DNA from: an uncultured delta proteobacterium
Lineage (GTDB): Bacteria > Desulfobacterota > Desulfuromonadia > Desulfuromonadales > JACZKF01
Direction of reading: 5' to 3'
Assembly (NCBI GenBank): GCA_963816395.1
Contig: CAWFKQ010000005.1
Location: 224,001 to 288,000, forward strand
DNA: 64,000 nt
Part shown: in pieces, positions 13,112 through 24,873 of the stretch
How positions within the stretch are numbered: position 1 is the first letter of the stretch
How the letters are laid out: each line of letters opens with the position of its first letter
Made by a program: the position numbers and the translations under genes
The notes under the pieces: model-generated
Database searches by the model: none
Told to the model about the DNA's origin: nothing
The model's input: the letters and a program-made list of their open reading frames with translations, nothing else

Positions 13112-16099
13112 CTAAAGATCTTTCAGCGGCGCCTGCCAGGCCGCCTTCAGATCGTCGATGGCGGCCCGGAGCAGAATCTCCCCGTTCAGACCGGTAATGC
13201 GCAGTTCCCGGTCGTCGCTGACCGTTCCGAGCAGGGAGAGGTCCTGCCCGGCAAAGACCGCTTCGAAGCGCTGCCGGTCGGCCGGCCGTACCGTCACCAG
13301 AAAGCGGCTCTGCGATTCGGAGAAGAGGACCTTGTCCTCGCGCAGGGGGGCAGAGGTCCGCACCTGCCGCAGGTCGACGTGCATCCCGACACCGCCGGCG
13401 AAGGCGGATTCGGCCAGGGCAACCGCCAGACCGCCGTCGGAGAGGTCGTGGCAGGAGGCGAGCAGGCCCTCCCGCTGCGCCCGGTTCACCGCCCGGAAGC
13501 GGGCCAGGGCGGCAGCGGCATCGACCCGCGGCACGTTTTTTCCCAGGCTGCCGTGCATGTCGTAATACTCGGAGGCGCCCAACTCGTCTCCGGTGCGCCC
13601 CAGAAGGTAAACCAGATCCTCGGGGCACTTGGCATCCATGGTCACCGCCCGGCGCACATCGTCGATCCGGCCGATCACCGAGAAAAGGACCGTCGGCGGT
13701 ATGGAGATCTTGGTGTCGCCGATCTGGTAGTCGTTCTTCATCGAGTCCTTGCCGGAGATCAGGGGGACGCCGAAGGCCACGCAGTAATCGTACAGAGCCT
13801 GGTTGGCCCGCACCAGCTGGGCCGCCTTGTAGGCGCCGTCCGGGGTCTTGTCGCTCTGTACCGGGTCGCACCAGCAGAAGTTGTCCAGCCCCGCCACGTG
13901 GTCGATGTCCCCGCCGGCCGCCACGAAATTGCGCAGCCCCTCGTCGATGGCGCATGCCATCATGTGGTAGGTGTCCAGATCGCTGTAACGGGGGCAGATG
14001 CCGTGCGCCACCACCACGCCTTCGTCAGAACCGGGCAGCGGGCGCAGGACGGCGGCGTCGGAGGGTCCATCGTTGGCAACCCCGGTCAGCGGCTTGATCA
14101 CGGTGCCGGCCTGGACCTCGTGGTCGTAGCGGCGCACGACGCTCTCCTTGGAGCAGATGTTGAGCCGGGCAAGCATGTGCCGCAGGGTGTCTTCCATGTC
14201 GAGCGGCTGCGGGAAGTCGGGCTCGCGCCGGTCGCGCACCTCCCAGCGGGCCGGCAGGACGAGCTGCGGCACGCCGCCGTGCAGGAAATCCATCTCCAGG
14301 TAGGTGACGGTCCGCCCGTCGTAGAGGCAATGGTAATAGCCGGAATCGGTAAATTCGCCGAGATCGGTCGCCTCAACGTCCATCTCCCGGGCGAGGGTGG
14401 TGAATTCGGTGATTTTCTCCGGCGGCACCGCCACCGTCATCCGTTCCTGAGCTTCCGAGATAAGGATCTCCCACGGCTGCAGACCAGGGTACTTGAGGGG
14501 CGCTCGATCGAGATGCATGACGAAGCCGCCGGTGTCTTCGGCCATCTCCCCCACCGAGGAAGAGAGGCCGCCGGCGCCGTTGTCGGTGATCGAGGTGTAG
14601 AGGCCCCGGTCGCGGGCCACCAGCAGAAAATCGAACATCCGCTTCTGGGTGATCGGGTCGCCGATCTGCACGGCGGTTACCGGCGAGCCGGCATGCAGCT
14701 CCTCGGAAGAGAAGGTGGCGCCATGAATGCCGTCCTTGCCGATGCGGCCGCCGACCATAACGATACGGTCGCCGACCTCCGCTTTCTTTTCATGGCCGGG
14801 GCGGCCGTTGACCACCGCCGGCATGATCGCCCCGGTGCCGCAGTAAACCAGCGGCTTGCCGGCATAGCGCTCGTCGAAAAGGAGCGAGCCGTTAACGGTT
14901 GGGATACCGCTCTTGTTGCCGCCGTGCTCCACCCCTTCAACCACCCCCTCGAAGATGCGCCGGGGGTGCAGCAGACGCGGCGGCAGGGGCTTGCGGTAAA
15001 AGGGAGAGGCGAAACAGAAAACGTCGGTGTTGAAGAGCAGGCGCGCCCCCTGCCCCGTGCCGAAGGAGTCGCGGTTCACCCCGACAATGCCGGTCAGCGC
15101 TCCGCCGTAGGGATCGAGGGCACTGGGAGAGTTGTGCGTCTCCGCCTTGAACACCAGGCTCCACTCATCGTTGAAGCGGATCACGCCGGCGTTATCCTTG
15201 AAAACCGACAGGCAGATGTCGCGTTCGCCGCGGGCGGCGCGGATATCGCGGGTCGCCCTGACGATATAGCTCTTGAACAGTGAGTCGATCGTCTGCCGCT
15301 TCCCGGTCTCATCCTCGTACTCGATGCGGGCGGCAAAAATCTTATGTTTGCAATGCTCGCTCCAGGTCTGGGCCAGCGCCTCCAGTTCGGCATCGGTGAG
15401 CTTTGCCCCCAGGCCGACAGCCGAACGGGCCTGCTGCACCCGCGGCTCGGCAATATGGGCCTGAATGGCCTTCATCTCTGCCAGATTGAGCGCCAGCATC
15501 CCTTCCCGGCTGAGACGCAGCAACTCTTCATCCGCGATATTCAGGTCGATCTCCTGGACAGGCCCGGCTTGCTGTGCGCCAACATCTACCTTCGGCACGC
15601 TGGCCGGCATACCGCGCTCGCGATCGAAACGGGCCGCCGGCACGATCGTCCAGCGTTGAATCAGGCCGTTGGCAAGCAGGCCGGCGGCGATCCGTTCACC
15701 GTCCGCCTGCTCGAGTTTTCCGCTGAGCAGGTACTGCACCGAGGTGTAAACCCCCTGGCCGGGAAGGAGGGGACGGCCGACGAGGTACTGAATGGCCTCC
15801 CGACCGGTGCGCCCGACATTGTCGGTAACTCCTGGGCGAAAACCGACTTCGATCAGCAGATCGAAATCGCGGGCGAGCGGTCGATCGATGGCCACTTCCT
15901 GGATTACCGGATCGGAAAATGGACCGTAAGCAGCGGCAGCGACCTCCTCCCGCGTCAGTTCGGCGTCGATGGTATAGACATCGATGGTGCGTACCGCCGT
16001 CACCTCGATCCCCAGGTGTTCGCGAATTTCCCGGCGCACCCGCTCGCCGCGGGCATCCCGGACGCTCAATTTCAGCCCGACTTCGATTCTCCAGGGCAT
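13112..16099 (-). CDS. purL: FGAM synthase PurL with PurS-like N-terminal extension
   Basis: WSEHCKHK, ETHNSPS, DNGAGG, SEAQERM, HDLSDGG and FSESQSR motifs. Confidence 0.95.
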   Translation of the reverse strand: MPWRIEVGLKLSVRDARGERVRREIREHLGIEVTAVRTIDVYTIDAELTREEVAAAAYGPFSDPVIQEVAIDRPLARDFDLLIEVGFRPGVTDNVGRTGREAIQYLVGRPLLPGQGVYTSVQYLLSGKLEQADGERIAAGLLANGLIQRWTIVPAARFDRERGMPASVPKVDVGAQQAGPVQEIDLNIADEELLRLSREGMLALNLAEMKAIQAHIAEPRVQQARSAVGLGAKLTDAELEALAQTWSEHCKHKIFAARIEYEDETGKRQTIDSLFKSYIVRATRDIRAARGERDICLSVFKDNAGVIRFNDEWSLVFKAETHNSPSALDPYGGALTGIVGVNRDSFGTGQGARLLFNTDVFCFASPFYRKPLPPRLLHPRRIFEGVVEGVEHGGNKSGIPTVNGSLLFDERYAGKPLVYCGTGAIMPAVVNGRPGHEKKAEVGDRIVMVGGRIGKDGIHGATFSSEELHAGSPVTAVQIGDPITQKRMFDFLLVARDRGLYTSITDNGAGGLSSSVGEMAEDTGGFVMHLDRAPLKYPGLQPWEILISEAQERMTVAVPPEKITEFTTLAREMDVEATDLGEFTDSGYYHCLYDGRTVTYLEMDFLHGGVPQLVLPARWEVRDRREPDFPQPLDMEDTLRHMLARLNICSKESVVRRYDHEVQAGTVIKPLTGVANDGPSDAAVLRPLPGSDEGVVVAHGICPRYSDLDTYHMMACAIDEGLRNFVAAGGDIDHVAGLDNFCWCDPVQSDKTPDGAYKAAQLVRANQALYDYCVAFGVPLISGKDSMKNDYQIGDTKISIPPTVLFSVIGRIDDVRRAVTMDAKCPEDLVYLLGRTGDELGASEYYDMHGSLGKNVPRVDAAAALARFRAVNRAQREGLLASCHDLSDGGLAVALAESAFAGGVGMHVDLRQVRTSAPLREDKVLFSESQSRFLVTVRPADRQRFEAVFAGQDLSLLGTVSDDRELRITGLNGEILLRAAIDDLKAAWQAPLKDL

Positions 16100-16116
16100 G
16101 CAAACTCCTTAAAAAA

Positions 16117-16168
16117 CAGGTTTCAGGTTTCAGGTTTGAACCTGGGACCTGCTACCTGAAGCCTGATA
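16117..16168. repeat. Heptamer tandem repeats between purB and purL
   Basis: CAGGTTT x3 followed by complementary-type CCTGnnn x4. Confidence 0.65.
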
Positions 16169-16176
16169 TCTGGTTC

Positions 16177-17475
16177 TTATGCTTTTCCGAACACCCGCTT
16201 GAAGATGGTATCGACGTGCTTCAGATGGTAATTCAGATCGAAGGATTCCTGGATCTTGGCCTCACCGAGGGCGCCGACCACCTCAGGGTCGGCCAGCAAT
16301 TCCTGCTGGAAATCCTTCCCCTGCTCCCAGACTTTCATCGCGTTGCGCTGCACCAGGCGATAGGCGTCCTCGCGAGAGACCCCGGCCTGGGTCAGGTCCA
16401 GAAGAATTTTTTGCGAGAAAACCAGCCCCTTCATCTGGTTGAGGTTCTTCAGCATATTCTGGGGATAGACCACCAGGTTGCCGATCAGTCCGTTCAGCCG
16501 GCGCAGGGCGAAATCGAGGGTCACCGTGGCATCGGGGCCGATGTTGCGCTCTACAGAAGAATGCGAGATGTCGCGCTCGTGCCAGAGGGCGACGTTTTCC
16601 AGGGCCGGCAAGGCGCAGGCACGCACCAGCCGCGCCAGGCCGGTGAGATTCTCGGAAAGGATAGGGTTGCGCTTGTGCGGCATGGCGCTGGAACCCTTCT
16701 GCCCCTTGCTGAAGAATTCCTCCACCTCCAAGACCTCGGTGCGCTGCAGGTGCCGGACCTCCACGGCGATGCGCTCCAGGGAGGAAGCAATTACCGCCAG
16801 GGTGCAGAAATACTCGGCGTGGCGGTCGCGGGGAATGACCTGAGTGGAGACCGGCTCCGGCTTCAGCCCCATCTTTTCACAGACGTACTCCTCCACCGCC
16901 GGGTCGATGTTGGCGAAGGTGCCTACCGCTCCGGAAATGGCGCCGGTGGCAATATTCTCCCGTGCCGCCTGCAGGCGCTGCCGGTTGCGCGCCATTTCGG
17001 CGTACCAGCCGGCCAGTTTCAGACCGAAGGTCACCGGCTCGGCATGGATGCCGTGCGAGCGCCCCATGCAGACCGTATCCTTATGTTCGAAAGCCCGCGT
17101 CCGGATCGCCTCGAGCACCAGGTCGAGGTCGTTGAGGAGTTCATCGGCAGCCTGCACGAGCTGCACCGAGAAACAGGTGTCGAGAACATCCGAGGAGGTC
17201 ATCCCCTGGTGGATGAAGCGGGCCTCCGGGCCGACGAACTCGGCGACCGAGGTGAGGAAAGCGATGACATCATGCTTGACCTCCTCCTCGATCCGGTTGA
17301 TCCGTTCAATATCGAAATTGCCCTTCTCGCGGATGACCCGGACCGCCTCGCGGGGAATGACCCCGAGTTCCGCCTGTTTCTCGCAGGCCAAGGTCTCGAT
17401 TTCCAGCCAGATCCGAAATTTGTTCTCCGGCTCCCAGAGGCGGGCCATCTCTTTACGGGTGTAGCGTTCGATCAT
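16177..17475 (-). CDS. purB: Adenylosuccinate lyase
   Basis: MIERYTR, GRSHGIHAEP and GSSAMPHKRNP signature. Confidence 0.97.
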   Translation of the reverse strand: MIERYTRKEMARLWEPENKFRIWLEIETLACEKQAELGVIPREAVRVIREKGNFDIERINRIEEEVKHDVIAFLTSVAEFVGPEARFIHQGMTSSDVLDTCFSVQLVQAADELLNDLDLVLEAIRTRAFEHKDTVCMGRSHGIHAEPVTFGLKLAGWYAEMARNRQRLQAARENIATGAISGAVGTFANIDPAVEEYVCEKMGLKPEPVSTQVIPRDRHAEYFCTLAVIASSLERIAVEVRHLQRTEVLEVEEFFSKGQKGSSAMPHKRNPILSENLTGLARLVRACALPALENVALWHERDISHSSVERNIGPDATVTLDFALRRLNGLIGNLVVYPQNMLKNLNQMKGLVFSQKILLDLTQAGVSREDAYRLVQRNAMKVWEQGKDFQQELLADPEVVGALGEAKIQESFDLNYHLKHVDTIFKRVFGKA

Positions 17476-17536
17476 GCTGACATTCTCCTATTTTCGGCAG
17501 ACCGGTGTCAAACGGCCGGCTGCCCGGGAATCCTTC

Positions 17537-18307
17537 TCAGACCTGGAAGCAGCAACTGGCGCGGCTCTGGATGCCGAGGATGAGCTGAGGCCGGCAGATA
17601 CTCTGCCTGCCCAGGAGTTCGCTGGCGGACGATTCGGCCAAGGTCGGAAGATTATTCACTTCACTGAGGTGGGCGAGGAAAACGGCTTCGAGTCCTTCCC
17701 CCAGGAGTTCCTGGAGGAGCCGGGCGGAGGCGGCATTGGAGAGATGCCCGTGATGACTGCGGATACGCTGTTTCAGTGGCCAGGGATAAGGCCCGTCGCG
17801 CAGCATTTCTTCATCATGGTTGGATTCGAGCACCAGTACCCGGCAGCCCTGCAGCCTTTCCACGACCAGGCGGGTGGCGATCCCGAGATCGGTGGCGATG
17901 CCGATTTTCCCTTCGTCTGTTTCAATGACATAGCCGACGGGCGCCGCCGCATCATGGGTGAGAGGGAAGGCCTGTATCTGCAGGTCGCGGAATTGAAAGG
18001 CCGTTCCCGTATCGAATTCACGCAGTTCGTCAATCCGTCCAAGCCCGGGCAAAGCGCGACGGGTCTCCGGGTGGATATATACCGGCAGGCGGAAGCGCCT
18101 GGCAAGCGGTCCCAGCCCCCGGCAATGGTCGAGGTGTTCGTGAGTAACCAGAAGGCCATGCAGATCGCTACCCGCCACCCCGATCCCCTCCAGGCGGTCG
18201 GTCAGTTCGCGTCCCGAGAGACCGGCATCGATCAGGATGCGGCTTTCCCGGCTTTCAATATATACAGCATTTCCCTTGCTGCCGCTGGCCAGCAGACAAA
18301 CCCGCAA
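17537..18307 (-). CDS. MBL-fold metallo-hydrolase (YycJ/WalJ-like)
   Basis: LASGSKGN, THEHLDH, ESNHD, GHLSN and LAHLS motifs; TTG start after GGAGG. Confidence 0.88.
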   Translation of the reverse strand: MRVCLLASGSKGNAVYIESRESRILIDAGLSGRELTDRLEGIGVAGSDLHGLLVTHEHLDHCRGLGPLARRFRLPVYIHPETRRALPGLGRIDELREFDTGTAFQFRDLQIQAFPLTHDAAAPVGYVIETDEGKIGIATDLGIATRLVVERLQGCRVLVLESNHDEEMLRDGPYPWPLKQRIRSHHGHLSNAASARLLQELLGEGLEAVFLAHLSEVNNLPTLAESSASELLGRQSICRPQLILGIQSRASCCFQV

Positions 18308-18520
18308 TGCAATCCTCCCTGAGATTTCATGAGCGCCGTGTATATACCGGAAATAACCCGTACCTGCAAGGGGAAATCGCCCTGACAGGCCGGCCAAGAA
18401 CTTGATCCTTCTGCAGCCCCAGCCCTAGGAGTGCGAAGCGGTGGGTACTAATTCCCAAGGCACTTGCCTAACTGACTTTCCGCTCGCCGCATTCTCACAT
18501 CCGCCTGTGGACAGGAATTT

Positions 18521-20516
18521 TCAGGCTGGCGGGCTGACCGGCAACTCGATATGGAAAACACTGCCCGGGCAGCTTTGCGGGTCATAACCCGGGCTCTCCA
18601 CCCAGATGCGACCGCCATGCAGGTCGACTGATCCCCTTGGCGATGGTCAGCCCGAGTCCGGTCCCCTTCCCTTTGAATGCTACTTTGGCGGTGAAATGTT
18701 CCTCGATCTGCCCAGCCTCATAGAACTTGTCGAAAATGTGCTCCAGATCGCTTTCGGCAATACCGATGCCGGTATCACCAATGAGAATCTCGACCATATC
18801 CACGCCGCCGTTGAGTGTGTCGCCGGACGATCTTTCCGGCATTCGGCTCTCGAAAGTTATGCTGCCCCCGTCCGGAGTGAATTTAATGGCATTACCGAGC
18901 AGGTTGCCGAAGGCCTGCCGCAGTCGCTCAGGGTCGCACTGGATAGGCGGCAGATCCTCCCGCAGCTTCAGGATAATCTGCTGCTGCCGCTGGGTCAGGA
19001 AATCACCGGATTCGGCAACCAATTGCCGGATCAGAGAATTGACATCAATTGGCCGAACTTCCACAGGCAGGCGCCGGCTGTCGAGCATCGAGACATCGAC
19101 CATGTCGTGGACGATGCCGGTCAGACGTTCGGCAGCCTCGGCAATGTTCCGGACCATGCCCCGGACCGGATCGTCAACAGGTAGAGTCATTTCACTGAGA
19201 ATAAGATCGGCATAACCGACAATAACGGTAAGGGGCGTCTTCAGCTCATGTGAAGCGAGTCCCAGGAACGAATCCTTCATCTGGTTAAGCCGCTGCAGCT
19301 CCCGGGTGCTTTTCTCCAGGTTGCCCTTGACCATCCTTTCCCGTGTGACATCGCGGATAATCGCCTGGATCCAGAATTTCCCCTTGCGCTCGCGCACCAG
19401 CGAAGCGCTGACCCAGCCGACCACCGGCTCGCCGTCGCTGACGCGCACGTATTTCAGTTCGGATTCGCCCCGTTCCTTTTCCAGCAGCCTCCGATAGAGA
19501 CGATACTGGGCTTGAGCATCCCCGCGCATTTTCTCGATCGTCTGGAACAGGTTGCTGCCGATTACCTGATCACGGGAAATGCCGAAGAATTCTTCCGCCC
19601 GTTTGTTGAATAGCAGGATACGGTCGTTATGGTCGGAAATGACGATGGCGTCGGAGGCGTTCTCGAACAGCGCCCGTTGCATCTTCTGGCTGCGGCTCAA
19701 TTCGCTGCTGGTTTTCTCTTGCTGCTCATAGGACTTTTGCAACAGCAGGTTTGTCTGCTCCAATTCCTGATATCCCTGCAATACCGCATCGTCGTGCGTT
19801 TGCAGCGAGCGGGCCATCTCCTGCAGAGCATCGGCTAATTCGGCGAAATCCCGGGTGGGCATTTTGGGGATGCCGACCCGAAAATTGCCGTTGGCGATCT
19901 CCTTGGCCACCACACACAGTCTCTGGATAGGACCGATCAAATGCCGCCGGGTGAATAGAAAAACCAGGGTGAAGACGGTCAGAAAGGCTGCACCCAGCAC
20001 AACCAGGGATTGATTCAGCATGCGCATCGCCCGGTCCTTGAGCACCGAGACGGGAAATCCGACCCGCACCCGGCCGGCCAGGCGATCACCGGCGGCATAA
20101 ACCGGCTGGGACACATCGAACACTCGCCCGAGAGTAGGGAGATTCAACTGGGTAGTGGTTTTGCTCAGGGAAGAGACCAGTTCTCCCCCGACCGCCGTCT
20201 TTAGGGAGGGATCGCTGGAGAAGAGGGGAGTACCGCGGCTGTCCTCGACCAGGCAGTAGGCAATTTCGGGATCGCCTCCGACAATTTTCTGACAGCGGGC
20301 ATTCAGGTCCTGCAGTTCCGGCAGCGATTGCCCCTGCGCCAGAGAGCCTTCAATGGAAGACTTCAATTCTGCTATCAGGTTCTGGCAACGAAGAACAATC
20401 CCGTCCCGGTAGCTGCGGCGAAAGGATTCGATATTGAACGCGGTATTGGCCGTAATGGTAACAGTGAGAATCAGGAAGACGAAAATCAGAATCCGCTTTT
20501 CGAGGGTGCTGTCCAT
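18521..20516 (-). CDS. Membrane sensor histidine kinase (HAMP-PAS-HisKA-HATPase); apparent +1 frameshift near 18629
   Basis: ASHELKTPL, NAIKFT, DTGIGI and GTGLGL motifs; C-terminus VDLHGGRIWVESPG...FHIELP in the shifted frame. Confidence 0.88.
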
Positions 20517-20848
20517 GGGATTTCCGGTAGAAAGGCGGGCAGCGCGGAGGTAAAACGCCCGCCGGGTGAGACGGCGGGCGATACCATCCAAGTGCCGCGG
20601 CGCGGAAAGGATGCCTCCGTTACGCGCCGCATTTGCGTTTTCAAAAAGGTGGTGTATCTTTGTCGGTGTCGGATTCAGCCCTACATAACATATCGGCCCT
20701 GAAAGGGCAACAGAACAAATAGTTTTAACCCTTTTAAGGGGTTGACGGACCTTCATTGATTGGATATCATCCCGCGGGTCGGAGTGTACCGGCCTGGCAC
20801 GCTCTCCGTGCGGATGGGTATATCCGATCAAATTCCTTTTTTACCTAA

Positions 20849-21868
<1,020 letters not shown>

Positions 21869-21888
21869 GGTCCCACCGTCGTTTTCCC

Positions 21889-21923
21889 CGGGGCAGGAGC
21901 AGATCCTGCCCCTTGATTTTTTT
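21889..21923 (+). terminator. Hairpin/terminator between gap and pgk
   Basis: GGGGCAGGA-gcaga-TCCTGCCCC followed by a T-rich run. Confidence 0.6.
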
Positions 21924-21945
21924 ACAGCTCAGGGCGGAGGAGTTC

Positions 21946-23144
21946 ATGTTTAACAAAACTGACCGTAAAAGACGTCGAGTTCCAGGGCAAACGGGTCTTT
22001 TGCCGTGTCGATTTCAACGTCCCCTTCGACGATGAGCGGAATATTACCGATGACACGCGGATCGTTGCCGCCCTCCCCACCATACGCCACATCATCGAAC
22101 ACGGCGGCCGACTGATACTGGCGTCTCACCTGGGGCGGCCCAAGGGTGCTCCCAACCCGAAATACAGCCTCGCCCCGGTGGCCCCCCATCTGGGTCGGTC
22201 TGCTCGGCAAGAAGGTGACCATGGCTCCGGACTGCATCGGCACGGCAGTGCAGTCGCTGGTCAGTTCGTTGCATGACGGCGATGTCCTGTTGCTGGAAAA
22301 CGTCCGCTTCCATGTCGGAGAGGAGAAGAACAACCCCGATTTCAGCCGGCAGCTAGCGGCCTTCGCCGATATCTACGTCAACGATGCCTTCGGTTCCGCT
22401 CACCGGGCGCACGCCTCCACGGAAGGCATTACCCGTTTTCTGCAGCCGGCGGTCGCCGGCTTTCTGATGGAGAAGGAACTTCGCTATCTCGGTCAGGCGG
22501 TGACCGATCCCAAACGCCCATTTATCGCCATTCTCGGCGGCGCCAAGGTTAGCGATAAAATCCCGGTGATTGAGAACCTCCTGGGAAAAGTGGACACCCT
22601 GATCATCGGCGGCGGCATGGCCTATACCTTTCTGCGTGCCCAGGGGATCCAGGTGGGTAAATCTCTGGTCGAAGAGGATCGCATCACGCTGGCCCGCGAG
22701 TTGATGACGCAGGCGCAGCAGCGGGGGGTGAAACTCCTCCTGCCACTGGACCATGTGGTCGCCCGCGAATTCAAAGGCGACGCCGAATCAAAGATTTGCA
22801 CCAATGACAATTTCCCCGCTGATTGGATGGCTTTGGATATCGGTCCCCGCACCGCTGCCGAATTTTCCGCTGCGGTCAAAGGGGCCGGAACGATCGTCTG
22901 GAACGGACCGATGGGAGTTTTCGAATTCGATACTTTCGCTCAGGGCACCTTTGCCATGGCCCGCGCCCTGGCAGACTCCGGGGCGGTGACCATCATCGGC
23001 GGCGGCGATTCGGTGGCAGCGGTGAACAAGGCCGGGCTGGAGGAGAAGATGACCCACATCTCCACGGGCGGCGGCGCCTCCCTGGAATTCCTCGAGGGCA
23101 AGACGCTGCCAGGGGTAGCCGCCCTTACTGACAGAAAGGCGTGA
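21946..23144 (+). CDS. pgk: Phosphoglycerate kinase (two apparent +1 frameshifts near 21958 and 22199)
   Basis: RVDFNVP and SHLGRP in an upstream frame; [26 protein letters not shown] and STGGGASLE downstream. Confidence 0.93.
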
Positions 23145-23230
23145 TGTGTAAACAGTATAGTAATGTGTCTTCCACATCACATTTTACACATCACTTCTTA
23201 CGCCATTTTTTTACGTTTTTGGAGATTCTC

Positions 23231-23989
23231 ATGCGCAGACCGCTGATCGCCGGCAACTGGAAGCTTAACAAGACGGTGGCCGAGGCCCTCGCCTTGGTTG
23301 GTAGCCTGAAAGAAAAGGTGGCGGAGATCGAGGATGCCGATATCGTCGTCGCCCCGGTCTTTACAGCCCTTTCCCGGGTTGCTGAAGCCCTCGCCGGCAG
23401 CAATATCGCCCTTGCCGCCCAGAACTGCTATCCGGAGAAGACCGGCGCCTTCACGGGAGAGGTCTCTCCTTTTCTGCTCAAGGATGCTGGCTGCGCTTAC
23501 GTGATCGTCGGCCATTCCGAGCGGCGGCAGATCCTGGCGGAAACGGACGCGTTCATCAACAGCAAGGTAAAGGCCGTGCTCGGGGAGGGGCTCACCGCCA
23601 TCCTCTGCATCGGCGAGACGCTGGAGGAACGGGAGGCCGGCCGGATGTTCGAGGTCCTTACTCGGCAGATACGCCTGGGGTTGCAGAACCTGGAATCCGG
23701 AGATATGGAGCGGGTAGTGCTCGCCTATGAGCCGGTGTGGGCCATCGGTACCGGCAAAACCGCCACCGATGCCCAGGCCCAGGAGGCGCACGCTTTCATC
23801 CGCGGGCTTCTGCAGGAAAATTTCGGTCAGCTGACCGCGGCAGCGGTGCGCATCCTTTACGGCGGCAGCGTCAAACCCGACAACGTCGACGGCCTGATGG
23901 CCCAACCCGATATCGATGGTACGCTGGTGGGCGGCGCCAGTCTGAAGGCGGACGACTTCGCTCGCATCATCAGATTCCGCCGCGCCTGA
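23231..23989 (+). CDS. tpiA: Triosephosphate isomerase
   Basis: AGNWKLN, GHSERR, AYEPVWAIGTG and YGGSV motifs. Confidence 0.97.
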   Translation: MRRPLIAGNWKLNKTVAEALALVGSLKEKVAEIEDADIVVAPVFTALSRVAEALAGSNIALAAQNCYPEKTGAFTGEVSPFLLKDAGCAYVIVGHSERRQILAETDAFINSKVKAVLGEGLTAILCIGETLEEREAGRMFEVLTRQIRLGLQNLESGDMERVVLAYEPVWAIGTGKTATDAQAQEAHAFIRGLLQENFGQLTAAAVRILYGGSVKPDNVDGLMAQPDIDGTLVGGASLKADDFARIIRFRRA

Positions 23990-24074
23990 TATTTTCTACT
24001 TTGCACCCGGGCCGATCTGTGCTAAATTTCCGGGTCTAAAAAATTCAGCCGCAAGTCAAGGAGTTCGGTTAGAA

Positions 24075-24458
24075 ATGACTGCCTTTCTGATTACCGTGCA
24101 CATTCTGGTTTCGATCGCCCTGATCATTATAGTTCTGCTGCAAGGCGGCAAAGGGGCAGAGATCGGCGCCTCTTTCGGGTCGGGCGGCAGCCAGACCGTT
24201 TTCGGCGCCACCGGCGGCAAAAGCTTCCTGAGCAAAATGACGACCGGCGCCGCCGTTGTCTTCATGCTGACCAGCCTCGCTCTCACCTACTTCTACAGCC
24301 AGCCGAGCACGGTTATGCCGTCCACCGTATCACAGACCCAGCAGGGGTCCACTCCGGTGCCCGCGCCCGGGCAGACAACGGCCACCCCGGTCCCCGGTCA
24401 GACAACGCCAGCCGAGCAACCGGCCGCACCGGTCCAGTCGGCTCCCGGGCAGAAATAA
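24075..24458 (+). CDS. secG: Preprotein translocase subunit SecG
   Basis: VLLQGGKGAEIGASFGSGGSQTVFG; position after tpiA. Confidence 0.95.
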   Translation: MTAFLITVHILVSIALIIIVLLQGGKGAEIGASFGSGGSQTVFGATGGKSFLSKMTTGAAVVFMLTSLALTYFYSQPSTVMPSTVSQTQQGSTPVPAPGQTTATPVPGQTTPAEQPAAPVQSAPGQK

Positions 24459-24483
24459 TCGAATCCTCGCCCGGCATTTACCC

Positions 24484-24512
24484 TTGACACTACCGGGGCA
24501 AATCAGTATAAA
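24484..24512 (+). promoter_or_regulatory. Sigma70 promoter for tRNA-Leu
   Basis: TTGACA-17-TATAAA, 12 nt upstream of the tRNA. Confidence 0.8.
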
Positions 24513-24524
24513 TACAATCCGCTT

Positions 24525-24611
24525 GCCGAAGTGGTGGAACTGGTAGACACGCCATCTTGAGGGGGTGGTGACCAATTGGTCGTGCGAGTTCGAGTCTCGC
24601 CTTCGGCACCA
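24525..24611 (+). tRNA. tRNA-Leu(GAG)
   Basis: GCCGAAGTGGTGGAACTGGTAGACACG CCATC-TTGAGGG-GGTGG, long variable arm, GTTCGAGTC, ends CACCA. Confidence 0.96.
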
Positions 24612-24620
24612 GTAAAAATT

Positions 24621-24656
24621 GCAAAGCCCGGCCGTTCAGGCCCGGGCTTTTTTTGC
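24621..24656 (+). terminator. Intrinsic terminator after tRNA-Leu
   Basis: AAAGCCCGG...CCGGGCTTTTTTT. Confidence 0.8.
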
Positions 24657-24873
24657 ATTCAGCCAGGCAAAACTCTTGAAAGCGACAGACCTGCATCGGC
24701 GTCCGTTAGCGCGCCATTGCTGGAGAGAACAGAAAAGGTGCGGTGAGAAATAAACGGGACGCGGGAACCTGCTTGCTCTTGTTATAACCTCTCCCAAACC
24801 GAATGCAAAAAACAAAATGGGCTGCAACCTTATTGGATTGCAGCCCTTTTTGTCTCTTGCTGCCGAAGCTTTT

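Noticed and set aside
12398..15283. 961-aa plus-strand ORF and other long antisense ORFs (e.g. 7703-9301, 10517-12106, 15919-17583, 47440-49398)
   Set aside because: Shadow ORFs opposite well-supported genes, expected from GC-rich codon bias; no recognisable motifs.
21946..22200. Programmed ribosomal frameshifting or true pseudogenes in pgk, pyrE, ribD and ribE
   Set aside because: No shared slippery motif; uniform +1 insertions across unrelated genes fit sequencing error better.
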